A DNA stretch of 64,000 bases from Camelus ferus (taxonomy: Eukaryota), in NCBI RefSeq assembly GCF_009834535.1, contig NC_045697.1, forward strand, positions 81,718,001 through 81,782,000, given 5' to 3'. The notes under the pieces were generated by a model. It had not been told where the DNA came from. It saw nothing but the letters and a program-made list of their open reading frames with translations, and ran no database searches. This document shows, piece by piece, positions 37,551 through 52,108 of the stretch (the first letter of the stretch is position 1; the number at the start of each line of letters is the position of its first letter). A program made the position numbers and the translations under genes.

Positions 37551-39314
37551 AGGGTGATCCAAAGAACTAAATTTTAGGCACATAGCCTCTGAATTAGTAA
37601 AGAGATTTCAGACTTTCTGAAATACTATCTGTATATCTTGTTGTAGTGATTTGTTTGTTTTTGAATCAGATCCAGTACTCATTGGTCTTTCTCTTCAAAT
37701 ATTTTATATTAGAAATCAAGCATTACCTTACATTTTTACATTATTCTTAAAATTCAAAGGAAGATAAAAAATTTTCTAAATATGATATTAAAACAGATGT
37801 ATATTCTTTAGAAAGACTAAATTTATACCATTCAGCAATAATATCATTCAGGAAACTAAAGTCAATCAGGAATCTAAGTTTATTTAAGTCAACTTCTGAC
37901 CTACTATATTTTCTTTATTCTAGTTTACTTGTAATTGTAAAAACTGCTCATAAGATAATTTTCTTCCTTTTGCTAATGAAGAATAATGATCCCAAAAAGG
38001 TTTTATCCTTTGCTGTCCTTTTCTCTTCTCTCAGGCTGAGAAAACCAAGAGACAAATGAAAAGCATGGTGTGTGTATATATGTGTGTGTATGTGTTCATG
38101 CAGAAATATGTCACAGAAGGATAAAAAATGAGATGTCTTATAGGTATTAATAAACTTAATCTGTTTTTACTGAGCATAAACACTGTATTATTTCCAGACC
38201 ACTTATTATGGACCATATAAAGATCTCCATCTGTTCACAATGGGGTTGCAACAGGAGGAATAGACAGTAAAACTTTCTGAACTATCTGATGCTAAATCAT
38301 AAGTAAATTGAGCTGTTTAGTAACATAAAATATACAATTGATATTGTTTATTTAATTTAGTTTGCTTTCAATATTCTCAGGTTCAAATAATTTGCTGTCT
38401 CTAGAAATGTTATGTAACTTTATAGTAATTATTTTTGGTATTAATTTACCTTTCAAGTAATGTGCTTATTTCCCCTACCTTTCTCCCTTCTGGTCCTTTT
38501 AACTAATGAATTTTTATTTAACTTTTATGCTATCCGTATTTTAAGATTCTCATGTACTTTTATGGAATAGGTCTGATTAAAAAAAATACACTTTCAGACT
38601 TTATTGATAGAAATCAATCCTATTATCACATGCATTAATACAGGGCTGATAAAGCTTAATTATATTTCATTGGTAAATAAAAATCTATTAGAAAATTCTG
38701 TCAACATTTGGAGGCAGATAAATTGAAGCGATAACTTACGCAGTATGAAACTAAAGACTACAGGGCATTTAAATACAGCCAATGCCTTAAGGCTGTAAAC
38801 ACTGCTTTTACCCATTAAGAAACAATGACCAGAATTTCCACTCAGTATCATCAAAGATACTGTGTTGCTAGAGGCTAATTTACAACATTGAGTTGTTTCT
38901 CACTATAATTAATTCAGGTACACTGAAAACATATAGGAGGAGATTGAAGTCACACTTCTAATTCACATAACCTAAACATCATGTTACAATAGAAGAAGTA
39001 TAGTATGCAATATTAATTTTCATATAGAATAGTATTTATACCTGTGTCACAATCAATGATTAAAGCTACAAATAAAAGTTGGTGGTTATGTGTGTATGCC
39101 ATGGAAATTATCTTTGTTTACAATTTCTCATTGAATGATGTATTTTTTATTATACAAAATGTGCTTTACTTCAAAATTAATTCTGGTATCTCAAGAACTT
39201 ACACAGAGATTATTGGGATTTAAATTTATTTACAAGAACTGAGAGTGATGCAATAGAGAATATAAGAGCAAAAACGATGTTCCCAGGAGAGAAGTTCACT
39301 CACAGATCTCAACG

Positions 39315-39532
39315 TTAGGGATTGTAATGACTTCGAGGCCTGTAGGTGATATAAATGTGAAGCATTTGGATATGATAAACAGATAGCTGTTTTACCAATG
39401 AACTAGAAAGCACATGAGTCCTTTAAAGTACTCACATATTAAAGAGAGCAAAAGTCAAACAAAAAAATCCTGCTGGCCAATTAAAGTAAGTCAGTTGGCC
39501 ATATTCAGGCCAGGAACCACTAGTTTGCAACA
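39315..39532 (-). mobile_element. hAT-Charlie element (MER102-like)
   Basis: The right end reads gttgcaaactagtggttcctggcctgaatatggcc...ttggccagcagg on the minus strand, a Charlie-type terminus. Confidence 0.55.
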
Positions 39533-40729
39533 AAATCACAACATCAGTGCCATATCTATGTCCATTATTGAAAAAATATGCACATGAAATGATAATTATT
39601 AATAAACTACCATATTAAATAATATGTAAATACTTGTTATGGAGAGGATACTTTAATTAACAAATGAGTGATACTCAATAATAAATCTATAAGCAAATTT
39701 ATTACACTGCTGAAATTCATATAAACATGCTATTTTTACATAAAGTCAGTACTTTCCTGTGTTTACATACACATCACAAAACACAAGTCTTCCTGCTGAG
39801 TGTATCTATAGTTTGATTCTTGTTCAAGCCTGGTCAGTAAGAAAGAACTTTCTCAGAAGTTAGTTGTTAATATATCAAATTTAATTAATTAAACACAGAT
39901 GTTATTAGGAATTGGACATGATTACATAGAGAATAAAGAAGTTGAAAATAAAATTTAAAACTATACATTATATTCTCAAAGAAATAAGACTAAATATTAT
40001 ATTTATCAAAAATTAACTCTGAGGCTATGAACAAGGAGGAATCATAGAACAAATAATAAGCAAGCAACAAGCACATGAATTAAAAAAAAAAAAGAGGCTT
40101 AGAAATCAAAACCCAGCAAGAAATATAGAGAGAATTTTCCAGAATTAGGCAAAGAATGGATTTGTCCCAGAGAAACTTAACCATAAATAAAAAGTAATAT
40201 TGCCAGATTACCTGGGTGTTTCTCATTATATTGAGAAGATAATTTTTATTGCTGACAGAAATTAAACATGGATTAATACTTAGCACATGGAAAAGTAAAC
40301 AAATGAAGAATAAAGACAAAGTACTTATAGGCATAATAATATATGCAATGCACATTATGCTAAACAAATATTATAACTAAATTATAAGAAATGAGGGTAA
40401 GTGCATGGTAGGAAGAGGTATAGAAAAAGGGAATATGAAAGCTATATAGTAAATTTCTATAGGAGCACTTGCTATACCAGAATCTTAATAAAGAAAGTTT
40501 TGTATAAGTCAACTATACATAACATGGAGATAAATATAAGGAAAAAAAACCTCCTATAATATTTGAAAGCTGTTGTTTCTGAGGAATAGGAATCAGAGTT
40601 GGAGGGTAAAAGAAAGGAACTGATTTTTCATTTTATTATAAATATTTAGATTATATTGCCTTTTATAATTTTATACACATTTGTGTCTATATATATTTGA
40701 TTAAGTAAAACATGAATTAAATACAGAGA

Positions 40730-41710
40730 ACCGTTTCCAGGTCCAGCATACAAAGAATTTGCAAATTGCTGCCATCATCTTCAAAACAAGAAAAACTGAA
40801 CAAGCTGAAAATAAAAACTCATCTTAGAACCACTAAAGACTTGACCTCACAGGAAAAACTACCCCGGGTGATAATACTCTCCTTAACAACAGCCTTCCCT
40901 CAAGGGACACTACTTTACCAGAGCCAATAAATTTTGGTATTTCAAGAACCTAATGAAGGTGGAGGAAAAAAAATACCCAACTCCAGGATTCTCTAAACTT
41001 CTTGTCTTACCTTGAGTAGGGGAACTGAAAAGCCCCCATGAAGGTCACAGACCTGGGACACAGCTCACTGAAAGACTAACATCTAATCATAGGACTAGGG
41101 AATACTTCTCCTTGCACCACGTCATACCAACATCAGCAGGCCTTCTATACAATAATAGGGACTACAGGCAAAACAACTGTTAAGTCTCACACCTTATTTA
41201 AGTAGGAATATCTACAGAAACCCAAAGACAACAGAGGAGGTAAAATAAAACTAGAGTATATTTTAGGCTTTGACACCACAGCAACAGCAAACAGTAAAAA
41301 CAGCTATACTCCTAGCCAGATAAACATAAAATCTTACTCTAAAGGCCTATTTATCTCAATTTTTAATGAAATATATTATGTCCAGCTTTAAACAAATAAA
41401 GCGTGCAAAAACATACAAAGCATGCTAAAAGACAGAACACAGTATAAAGATATAATGCAATCATCAGAACCAGACTCAGATACAGCAGAGATTTTGGAAT
41501 TATTAGACTAGGGTTTGAAGTCAACTATGGTTCATATTCTAAGGAGTCTGGTAGAAAAAAAAAAGGACAGTATACAACAGCAAATGGGTAATAAAGGCAG
41601 AGAGATGGAAATAATTCTAAGGAAGAATCAAAAGGAAACATTGGAAACAAACAAACAAAATACTGTAAAATAAATGAAAATGTTTTTGATGGCATCGTTA
41701 AGGACAGAGT
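40730..41710 (+). mobile_element. Old L1 (L1MC/MD-like) 5'UTR and start of ORF1
   Basis: ttccaggtccagcatacaaagaatttg...acaagaaaaactgaacaagctgaaaat...catcagaaccagactcagatacagcagagattttggaattattagac...aaatgggtaataaaggcagagagatggaa. Confidence 0.75.
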
Positions 41711-42060
41711 GTAAAAAGACGAGTAGTTGCCTGAGAGGAGAGCAGTGAATAGGTTGAGAACAGGGGACATTTAGGGCAATGAATCTATTCTGTCCAGTAC
41801 TGTGATGGTGGATACATGTCATTACACAGCTGTTGACATTGTATAAACCCAAAGACTGAACTGTAATGTAAACTATATACTTTGGTTAATAATTACGAAT
41901 CAATATGGTCTATAAATGCCCTGCACTGATGTAAAATGTTAATAGGGGAAAATGCATGTAGGTTGGTTGGGAGAGAAGACATATGGAAATTCTCTGTGCT
42001 TTCTGTTCAATATTATCTAAACCTCTTAAAACTTCTCCAAAACCAGTTACCTTAAAAAAA
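41711..42060 (+). mobile_element. L1MC-like 3'UTR end
   Basis: tttagggcaatgaatctattctgt...atggtggatacatgtcattacaca...aatgtaaactata...atatggaaattctctgtgctttctgttcaat...taaacct. Confidence 0.8.
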
Positions 42061-42469
42061 CACTGTTTTTACATACACTTTGCCAGTTGATACTTAAAAC
42101 AAACCTATAATGATAATCTAGAATAGGAATTACTAACCCAAAGAATTATCTAGGCTACCAGGTGGAATATTACAAAGGCTCTCCAAAATCAAGCAGAGTA
42201 CTGAAACTCAGAATGCATAAGAATACATTAAGCTTATGTTTAGTGACATGCAAGTGGAGATTTTGAGAAAATTACATTAAATAGGTATGATGAAAAGATA
42301 GAATTAAAAAGACTATTTAGGTTTAAGTTAGAATATTCCAAAAGTGAGCTAATGAAGTCAAAATTAGAACTGTTAGAGTGGGTATGGACAAAAAATAATT
42401 GATCCATGTAATAGGTTGTTACATTATATTATTTACTTTGAATTTTATCTTAAACATAATTTACCTCAT

Positions 42470-42900
42470 ATCAGAACTTTAGTATATATAGTAGACTGTG
42501 GAAGAGATTCTTAGGATTTGGTCTGGTTGACTGGCAGGATTGAGAGAAGCAAATATTGGCTTGAGAAGAAAAAGTACTTGTTTTAGGGACTATGATAAAA
42601 GATTTAGACATTTATCTGAAATTTTAAATATTGAAGTAGAAATATATTGTGTAGGAAGATATTTCTGTGATCAGTTTTAAGGAAAAAGTGATGGCCACAA
42701 CATTGAGAATAAATACCTTAAAGTTGATATGAAAATCTACAAGAGCTACTCAGGAAAGAGAATTAAAAACAATTGTGAGCTAAAGTCTGGGATTTGAAAC
42801 ATTCATTGGCAGGGCTAAAAAAAAAAAGCAGCAGTAATGAAAAAAGAAGAAAATATTAGACCAAGATACAAGGTGGGAGAGTAACAAGGTGATCGAGATG
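42470..42900 (-). mobile_element. L2 fragment
   Basis: Purine-rich degenerate match (gatttggtctggttgactgg; ttgaagtagaaatatattgtgtaggaag). Confidence 0.45.
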
Positions 42901-43084
42901 ATAATGCAGTACATTTTAAGACTTCACAACGAAGGCAGAGATGGTATTCAATTAAGGAAAATGTCTAGATATACATGTTAAATTTATTTTCTGCTCCCCA
43001 TCTCCCACATGATCTCCCCTTTCATTAAATTCTGCTTTCTCAGTATGCTTAATTTTTATCTAAAAGGAGTGTTTCTTGGCAAAA

Positions 43085-43165
43085 CACAATCTGCATTTTT
43101 AATAAAGTTCCAAGTAATGTTGATGCTGCTAGTTCCAACCACACTTTGAATTTCAAAGCTCTAGA
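43085..43165. mobile_element. MER5A-like terminus
   Basis: aatctgcatttttaataaagttccaagtaatgttgatgctgctagttccaaccacactttga. Confidence 0.7.
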
Positions 43166-45424
43166 GGATCAGATGTCATCAGTTTAAATCTCTCCTCTGT
43201 GATTTCCATATTCTAAAATTATTATTTCCCTTTTTTATCAATTTTATTTCCTTAAATGCTAGAGAAATATATTATAGTATTGCCTCATAATTTTGACACT
43301 TAAGAGTTTATTTTGAAACACACAGAAAAAAATTTTTTTCTCTAATTATTATAAGGGTGCTATTTCACTCAGCATCCCAGATGCTATTTAGCAAAGCAAA
43401 GTGGAGTTCCATTTATAATACTGTGATTTCAAAAACATAAGCATGCGTGGGTGGCTTTGTGCTTTTAGTTGATCCAAATGCTAGATCCAGGCGCTCACAG
43501 AGGTTTCTTTTTTTTTTATTTTTCTCCAGATGAATTTTCTCTAACAGTTGTACCTAATAATAAGAAAGCATCAACTGTCACCTTTGCTTCCTAATGAGTT
43601 CTTGAAAGCCATCTAGGGGCAGCTATCTTTTCACCCTGAAGAATCAAATAGCTGTCATATTGCACTAAATTAATTCCTATCTTATTGAACCTAGAAACCC
43701 TAAAAAACACATTTTTATCCTTGCCGATTCAATTTTTTATTCATTGAATAATATTTTTGTTATTACATAATTAAACTGAATATTAAATAGAGGATTTTTA
43801 GCTTAACAAATATTCCTCATCACCAATAAGGGTAATTTATTGTGCCATTATGAGGATTATAAATCTTCGATGCCCTCCCTGATATTATACTCCAGAAACA
43901 ATTATGATGTTAAGAGAGCTGGAAGTTGGCAAATTAATAATTAGTGTTCTCTTTAAATCAAAGTTATGTTGGCTTGTGACATCAAATCTGAACAAATCTA
44001 ACATATGCTTTTTGGAAAAGTCTATGAGATATATTTTTGAAAAGTATTCAATAAAAACTCTTCAACTTAGTGGGCAGAAATATGAAGGAGCAGAGAAACA
44101 GAACCAATGCAGAGTAGCAAACTGGTTCCATAAATACCTAGTATATGTTGGTAGCTGCAAGTCTACCACTATAAGGTGTTTGGGAACCCTCTGCTCACAG
44201 GCTCGTGTGTCTAATTCTTGAGATACAAAGGAGACCAATCGATTTTGTTCATGAAGCAAATTAGATAAACTGGTACCACGTTTTCAGATAAAACCCCCAA
44301 AAGTCACCAAAGTCTGGCTTCAAACCCCAAACAGAAATTGTATAGGATAGAAGAATAGATCGATTCCTCTTGTTTCACAAGTGAAGAAGCAGTTTCAGTA
44401 ACTTTTTCCTCCCATGACCATATTCCTTTCCAAATAACAACACAAAGCTTAGTTTGTTTGTAGAAAAGTAATATTAATTGGAGTCATTTACAACACATTT
44501 TTATCAATTGTACCTAATTACTTCTCAGCCATCACACATCAATCAGAGTCAGATTAACTTCACTGTGAATTTTATTTGGTTTTCACTCTGGAATTCGTCT
44601 AAAGATGCTCAGCCTCTAAATTATTAACAAGCCCCATGCTTGTCCATTATATTTTAAATAATCTCTTAAGATTTCTAAACATATAGAATACTAAGTGCAT
44701 CAGTAAATAATATGTTTTAGAAGAAGTGACTTGTTGTCAATTGATTACCACACAGAACCAAAGAAAAATAGGCGGGAAAAGACAGCACAGATGGCAGAAA
44801 TATGCAATTTCAGTGGAAAAGTAGCAGAAAACAAAAATCTAAGAGATGATTTGCTTTTTCTCACCACCTAACTGAAAGTTTTCAAAAGATACGCTAGCAA
44901 AGAGAGCTAACCTCTTCCTCTCTAAAGCTGAAGAAATCTTTGAATGGTTGAATCAGTCATTCTGGAAGAAACACTTAATAAATCATATTTGACAGGATAA
45001 GTTAGTTGATAGCCATCAGATAGTGCTGTATTTGCAACAGTTCAAAACTTTGGTTTGTGAAAGAATTTTTGCAAACATCTGTATTCATTGATACATTTTG
45101 TAACTGTAGTAACAGACATTTAGATGACTGTTAAAGGAAGGTTAGGTTTCAAGATTAGGTTTCCTCTGTGTAGTTTACACTGCTGTGCACATTGTTATAG
45201 TTTCAAGTGATGCATTAATCCTCATGCCCACAATACAGAAAGGCAGCCCTTTTGTAGCAACCATGAGGAGTGGAAAATTATCTAATATTAATATGCCTTG
45301 TAAAGTAATTTACAATATATGCAATGGATTTGCATTTATTGCCATTGCTGTATTTTAACAGAGAATTTTGAACGTATTCTATTTGGCATATACTCCAGTG
45401 CACATAAGAATTTTTGGTCTTCAG

Positions 45425-45516
45425 GTGACAGACACTGAATGGAGTGAAGCCAATCAGTACAGCTTAGCCCTGTGACTGTAGTAAACTCTGCAACGATTCT
45501 CACGGGATATGCTAAG
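45425..45516 (+). other. Candidate spliced exon (92 nt), non-coding or stop-containing
   Basis: Acceptor tttttggtcttcag, donor AAG|gtaatg; stops in all three frames, longest VTDTEWSEANQYSLAL*. Confidence 0.25.
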
Positions 45517-46829
45517 GTAATGCTAAAATAGGTTATTAAAAGTCAAAATGTCTTTGGGCAAAATTAAATTGCTTCCAGAGCCATTAAGGCTGCTGAGGAA
45601 GGTTTTTACCTATTATCCATGATTCTTCACTTTATACAGCTTTTCTTAATTCCTCTCAGTTTTTATTGTAACTTCCATTTTTTTTCATTTACTCACAGTT
45701 ATATTAGATCTTATTTTTAACCTATTCAAGCTGTATTAATTTCATTGATTGGGGCACCTAAGAAGAAGGGCTTTGTGAAGGAAATACAAAGCGTTCTCGG
45801 GAATCAGACATAAACAATGAGCAGGAAACAGACACAAGGCAAAGAACTGTACCAAGGAGTGTTAAATGGATGAACAGTCACCATAATGACTATACTCGTT
45901 TGAATTCCTACTATCTGCCAGTTATTGAATACATTTTGTCTCTAATTTTCACAAGTATGTTATATGTATATAGTAATTTACCACCATTTTTTATTTTAGT
46001 ATTTGCCATCATTTGGTATTTTTTCCATTTTGACCATTTGCCAAATGTTACACAATTGTTAGGATTTGCATTCCCATCTACAAGGATATACCTTTTTCAA
46101 TATGTGAGGCTGCTTCTTTGATTCAGAACCAGTAATTTAATTTGGGTGAAGAGGAGGCAAGAATCAGCAGCACATTAGGCTGGATTTCAGTGAGCCATGA
46201 ATGTAAAGTGTCACAGAGGTGATTTTGCAGACAGGAAAGCAGCCAGTGGTCAGGGACCCACTTAGACTTAGACAAAGATACTGTTCAAAAAATTTATTAC
46301 TTTTGTTATTTATTTAATGAGTTCATTTAACAAATTAACTTTCATATACTTAGAAAGTGCCCTATTGACTACATGGAGTACCTACATATCATTTAGAAAT
46401 ACTGACATCCTGTCTGGCCTCATTCAGTTTGCCATCTACAAATAATGAGTGAGCATCAGCTCCATCTAGATAATGATGAAAACTCTAAGTCTCTCAAAGC
46501 AATCTGGTAAAAAGAAATGAAGATGAGCATGGAAGTAGCTAAAGAGCAAAGCAGATTCTGTTATTTGTTTTAATATAAATGCTGATAATGAAGTCAAGAT
46601 GAGAGAAAGGAAATATTACTTGCCTTAGGAAGTGGAGGCTGCTTTGAGGTTAGGATAATTTCTGAAATGAGGCATTTGAGTCAGGCTTTTAATCCTGTTA
46701 GAATTAGTTTAAGAAGCTGTGTGCAAAAAGCAGTAGAACAATATAATTTCATAATAAATTTATGAAACAGAAGCTTCGAAATGCTAATAATATCTTTTTA
46801 TAATACACGGTTTACATAATAACAACATG

Positions 46830-47440
46830 ATTACATATTCATTAGTTCAAAACCTTTTTGAGGGTCTATTTCGTGCCAATTACTATTCTAAGAACAATGG
46901 ACATAATGATGAATTTAGCAAATATGATATTAACCTTTAAGGAATCTAGTGGAGGAAATAAAGATCATTAACATAATTGCAAAGTAGTCATGAATTCAAA
47001 AATAGAAGTAGAACATGCGGAGGAAACATATATTTGTTCTTAACCAGAAGTTGGAGAAAGTCTCCCTGCAAAAGCAGCATCTAAGCAGAACTGTAAAGCA
47101 TGAAGAGAAGATGGTGATGTGTTAGAAATATGAGGAGAGAGTTTTCCAGATAGAGGAGAGTGTACCTGTAGTAACACAGACTAAAAAGAAACTTTATGTC
47201 CCAAAAATCTAAAGATTACCACTACTGAAAAGTGTAACAAAAAAAAAAAAAAAAAAAAAAAAGAACAGAGGGTGAAGACACAGTCAGAGACTAGGTTTTG
47301 AACATATATTCAAGCCACTGTGCCCATACACAACAATTTTGGTTTTATTCCAAATAAACAAGTGGTTTAAAGGTTTTTAAATGTCTAAAAGACACAATAA
47401 TATTTGCATTAAATTATATTCTCTTCATTGTGGAGAATAA
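46830..47440 (-). mobile_element. L2 3' region
   Basis: cattagttcaaaacctttttgagggtctatttcgtgccaattactattctaag...ggagaaagtctccctg...catctaagcagaactgtaaagcatgaag. Confidence 0.7.
47239..47262. repeat. A24 homopolymer
   Basis: Perfect run inside the old L2. Confidence 0.95.
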
Positions 47441-50400
47441 ACTGTTAACAGTTATGTGAACCTAAGTGATATGAATATTCTCTAATTGCTGAATGAAGAA
47501 TTGTGTTTTTGTGTGTATGTGTATCTGCATACATATCCATTAGATTAGATAACGTATCTATGTTAATTTTGCTTTTCAAATCTTCTGCAACTTCACTATT
47601 ACTTTAATTTCCTGACTTACTAATTTTATATAGTACTCGTGAATTCTTTCTCTTATTTTTATGTAATGGATTTCTTCAAATTTAACAATAGGCTTTGCCT
47701 TAAAGAGTAATTCCTCAACAGCTAGCCCACTGCTTTTCAGTATGTAAATCCCTAGTGCAGCACACCCCCTGCACTTTTCCCAAATGTTCTCGTGAATACA
47801 AAGTACTGTCAAAACATTTGATTTTAGTAACTTTTTACAGCTAAATCTAGTTATTTTCTATTTTTCCTAAATGCTGTTATTTCTGTTTTCTCTCTTGTCC
47901 GGTCATTGTTGGATTGAGTATTTCTCATGATACCATTTTTAAAATTCTCTATTATTGGCTTATTTGTACATCTTTTCCTATAGATTTTAGTCATTAGTCT
48001 AGGGTTTATTCTATGTATCTTTCATGTTTCACAGTCTACTTTCAACTATAAACGCTGACTCCCCTTTGGGATGGAGATGTGAGTTCTTCAGAGAATACTG
48101 CACTATTGTCTTGGGGAATGTACTCTCTTTGTTTTTACAGGCTGTAATTTCTGGGGTCTTAACACAAGAAGGCTGCCCTTTTTTCGTGGGTACTATAGTG
48201 ATTGTCCAAGTATCTTATCTTCTTCTGAATCTAGCAGGTACATAGGAAATGTACAGTACATGCTATGTTGTACAACATATGCCAAACACTGGTAGCTCAG
48301 GCTGACTACCTCTGCCCTTTCTCTTTATTCTGTCACCCTAGTCTGTCTCCCTTATTTGAAAATCACAAAGTGGGAGCCAGACAGCAGCCTCCATGTTATT
48401 ATGTGCCCTAAACTTTAGGATAGAAAGGCCAAGTTCTTTGTGAATTCTCAGCTGCATTTTGACTATAGCTCTGGGATGGGCCTCGTGAAAACAACAGGTA
48501 GGCATCAAAACATTATATATGACAAAGGTGGTACTACTCCTTTATTTAATAAGATTTTCAATCAAATAAATCATTAAGTCTGAGGAAGAGAACAGTTAAT
48601 CAAGGCATGTAAAATCATATGCTAGATACTAACTACATTGCCCAAATCCTGATAAAAGTTTTTAAAGGGGTTTTATGGTGAATTTGTTAATTTTCCAAGA
48701 TTAAAATAATGTGTCAACTATGATGTTAAGTAAATAAATATAAAAGTTACATATTTAAAATACAGGAACCATTGGTCTTTTCTGGCATGAGTTTTTCTAA
48801 ACATATTTCTATTGTTTCCTGTCTCAAAAATATTTTAAAATGTATTATATAACTTAAAAATTCTGAACATGCAGTAAGCATAATTAAAAGTATACAAACA
48901 TCAATGCACACTGCATATACTAATGTTATTTTTACAAAATAAATATAAAAATCACAAATCTTTATAAATAAAACATTTTGGAAAGATATCTTTATATTCT
49001 AAAGTCATAAATGCCTAGAGTTTTCTTTAATAAAAATTTCATTTTAGTTGTGGTCCAATATGTACATTTGTATTTCTTACAACAAAAATAACTATAGTTT
49101 CATCAAAATTCATAGTTTTTATTGTATCATTTTAATTGAAAAAAATGGATAAAATTAAAAAAGGTATATGCAAAATCAATTATATTTCTTTTAGGTGTGC
49201 AATACCAGATGTACCTCTGTCCTATATTACAGTGAAACATGTTTATACATATTTATATTTATAATAATACTCACTAGCTAGGCTATAGTTCCAAGCGGGA
49301 CTTTTACAGTGGGGTAGTTAAATCAACAATTGAAATTCACCATGAACAAAACAGTAATGCCCTTCACACTTTCATTCCTTTCATTTCATATTTTAATATA
49401 ATATAGCTTTCAAAATCTGAGTCCCTCATTCTCTAAGGCTTCTTGAAATGTCTACTGCACAATTCGTTTCTCTATTCTTTGAATATTTTTGGAATTTATA
49501 AGCAATTAAACTCTGTATTAGTTCTGTCTTCAGGTAGAATATAACATTACTGATGGTAGGAATAAGTCTTTTTATTTTCTATTCCACATAAACTTAACGC
49601 TTGGTGTTGAGTATCCTAGCTATTCAAAAAATATCTGTCCATTGATTATTAATTAAAGAATACGATCGTTTCTAGAACAGTCATTTACATTAATGAATAC
49701 AAGTAAAGTTAAGAGTTTAGCTATCTATAACCACTAAAACATGTTAAGATTATTTTTAACATCAAAGATATCACTGAAATTTTATGTGAATAAAAAACAG
49801 AAAATGCAGGGCTGTGCTTTTAACAAGAGTATTTAATAGCTATTACTAGTAAATTTTGTAATACTTGAGGAATTTACAAGAGACGGTGTGTCATCATATT
49901 TTATCTTTAATAGATATCACTGTAGCATAATTATACTTCCTGAAATCCTGTATTTTCCTTTCCCAGAATGTGAGGTCACTGGCAGAAACATATTTAACTG
50001 TAAGTATAGCTTCCAAATTACTATTATCAAAACTAAAATAAACCTCAGAATTGAAAGTATTCCAAACCTACAAAAGATATTGCTCAGACAAATGAACACA
50101 TTTTAGAACATGAAAAGAAAGAATACCAGATGTTCTTAAGGAATAAAAATATAATTTATAAGCCAGTAAGATGCAGAACACAGGCCGTGAAATAAAACAT
50201 TAAGCAAAGTGAAGAGCAGCTGTGGAGCTGAATTTCAAGTATTTACAGCTCTGAATGAAAACGTGCTATATCAACATAAATAGGAAGACAAAATTTTTTT
50301 GCAGAGAACTATTCCAAATCATCAAATAAATGCAAACTATAAAATTATCAAATTGAATTAACCTAACCTGTATTCCCATACAATGAAAGATAAGCAAATA

Positions 50401-50869
50401 TCTGGCTGGATAAGCATTAGATCAAAACAAATCTAAAATGTGTAACAAATAAATTAGGAAAATAGCAATGCTACATCAGTGATTTTATAAAGACCAAGGT
50501 ATTTCATAAATATTACTAATATTTATATTGTATTTGATTTTGTATTATATCATAATCAAATACTATTAATTAATGAATGTAATTAGTAACTGAATGGAAG
50601 TTTCTTAAAGTTTAATTGAACATTTGAAAATAATAGGAAAATAACTTCTGTACCTCATCATATGCATACAAATTGTTTAACTTTAAAGCACTCATTAGAA
50701 TCAACTACATAATCAGTGCTTATAGGAAATTAATGAGTTTAATGAGCTGTAGACTAAGACCTCCTGAATACCAGTGGGTGTTTTCTATGTTTTTTTAAAA
50801 TTTCTGTTCTTTATCTCTTCTGGTTTCATTAATATTTGCCACTGCCTTCTCTCTTTACATTTTTTTTTT

Positions 50870-51110
50870 CATTTATTGGATAAATATTTCTTGGTTACTT
50901 AAGATGAGTCATGCCCTGTTTTAGATATTTGGGGGTACATCAATGAACAAACAGTCCAAAATTCTGCATTCAGGGGACTTTTATTCTAGTAAGAGTAGAG
51001 AGTTCATAAACCTAATGAATAAGTAAAATATATAATACATTTGAAGATGACAATTTTTAGTGACAAAATAAAACAGGGTAATAAGGCTATGGAACGTAAG
51101 AGAGGGATAA
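50870..51110 (-). mobile_element. L2a-like 3' end
   Basis: catttattggataaatatttcttggttactta...ccctgttttagatatttggggg...atgaacaaacag...ggggacttttattctagt. Confidence 0.7.
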
Positions 51111-51544
51111 AATTTTTAAAGGTAGGGTAATCGGTTCACATTTAACCTTCTATCTACTATGAGAAATCCTTGCATTTACTCTTAAAAGAAATTAGTTGTA
51201 TTTCTATAAAGCCCTGATTGTTTTTATCTAAGCAGTGTTTAGGGTATTTAACAATCTCTGAATTTTATTTTTCTTCCATTTAAAACATTTCAAATTGGCT
51301 TTTTACATATATCCTTTTTTCAAACTGTTGAATTTTTTTTTCAAACATTTATGGCTTCTGTTTCATAAAAGCAACATCTCTCATATTTACAGGAAATTAT
51401 GAACTACATATTTTGCTTATTTCTTATAGAAGATGATTACTCATTTCTCATAGAAGATGATTTTATCTAAATCCTATTATTACTGAGTTATAAATGAAAC
51501 TTTTCCTCTCATTAATGATTTTTATTTTGTAAAGGTTTTATCAC

Positions 51545-52108
51545 TGCACTAGTTGTCTCTTGCTGTGAAACAAATTACCACAAACACAGAAGCTTAAAAC
51601 CACACATCCTTCTTATCTTACAGTTTCTATAGGTCAGAGTTCTGGGCACACAGCTTAGCTGTGTTCTCTACTGTAGTGTCTCACAAGACTGCATTCAAGG
51701 TGGAGCCAGGGTTATCATCACATCAGATAATTGTCTGGGTAAAGATCTGCCTTCAAGCTTCCACGGGGTGGTTGGCAGAATCCATCTCTTTGTGTCTGGA
51801 AGAATAAACTTCCATTTTCTCTCTGGCTATTGGCAAGGAACCACTGAGTTCCCACATTTCCTTGGAATCTGTCCCTCTCCACTGGCCCACCCACAACAAG
51901 GCAGCTCATTTTTCAAAGCCAATAAAGGAGAGAGTCTTTTTTCTCATTCATACTAATGTGACAGAGCCTATAAACAGCATAGCAAAAACATGAGGATGAC
52001 ATCATGCCAACACTGACATACTCTAGGTACAGGAGCTTCCCATACTCAAGAGGAGGGGGTGTTTTAGGGTATAAACATGAGATTACTCTAGGGCTGGCTG
52101 GCCTGTCA
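51545..52108 (-). mobile_element. MaLR LTR (MLT1E/F-like)
   Basis: ttgctgtgaaacaaattaccacaaac...gcttaaaac...ttatcttacagtttctataggtcaga...tctcacaagactgcattcaaggtg...ggttggcagaatcca. Confidence 0.8.

Noticed and set aside
48264..48279. 16-bp perfect palindrome TATGTTGTACAACATA
   Set aside because: About one palindrome of this length is expected by chance in 64 kb of AT-rich DNA, and there is no supporting context.
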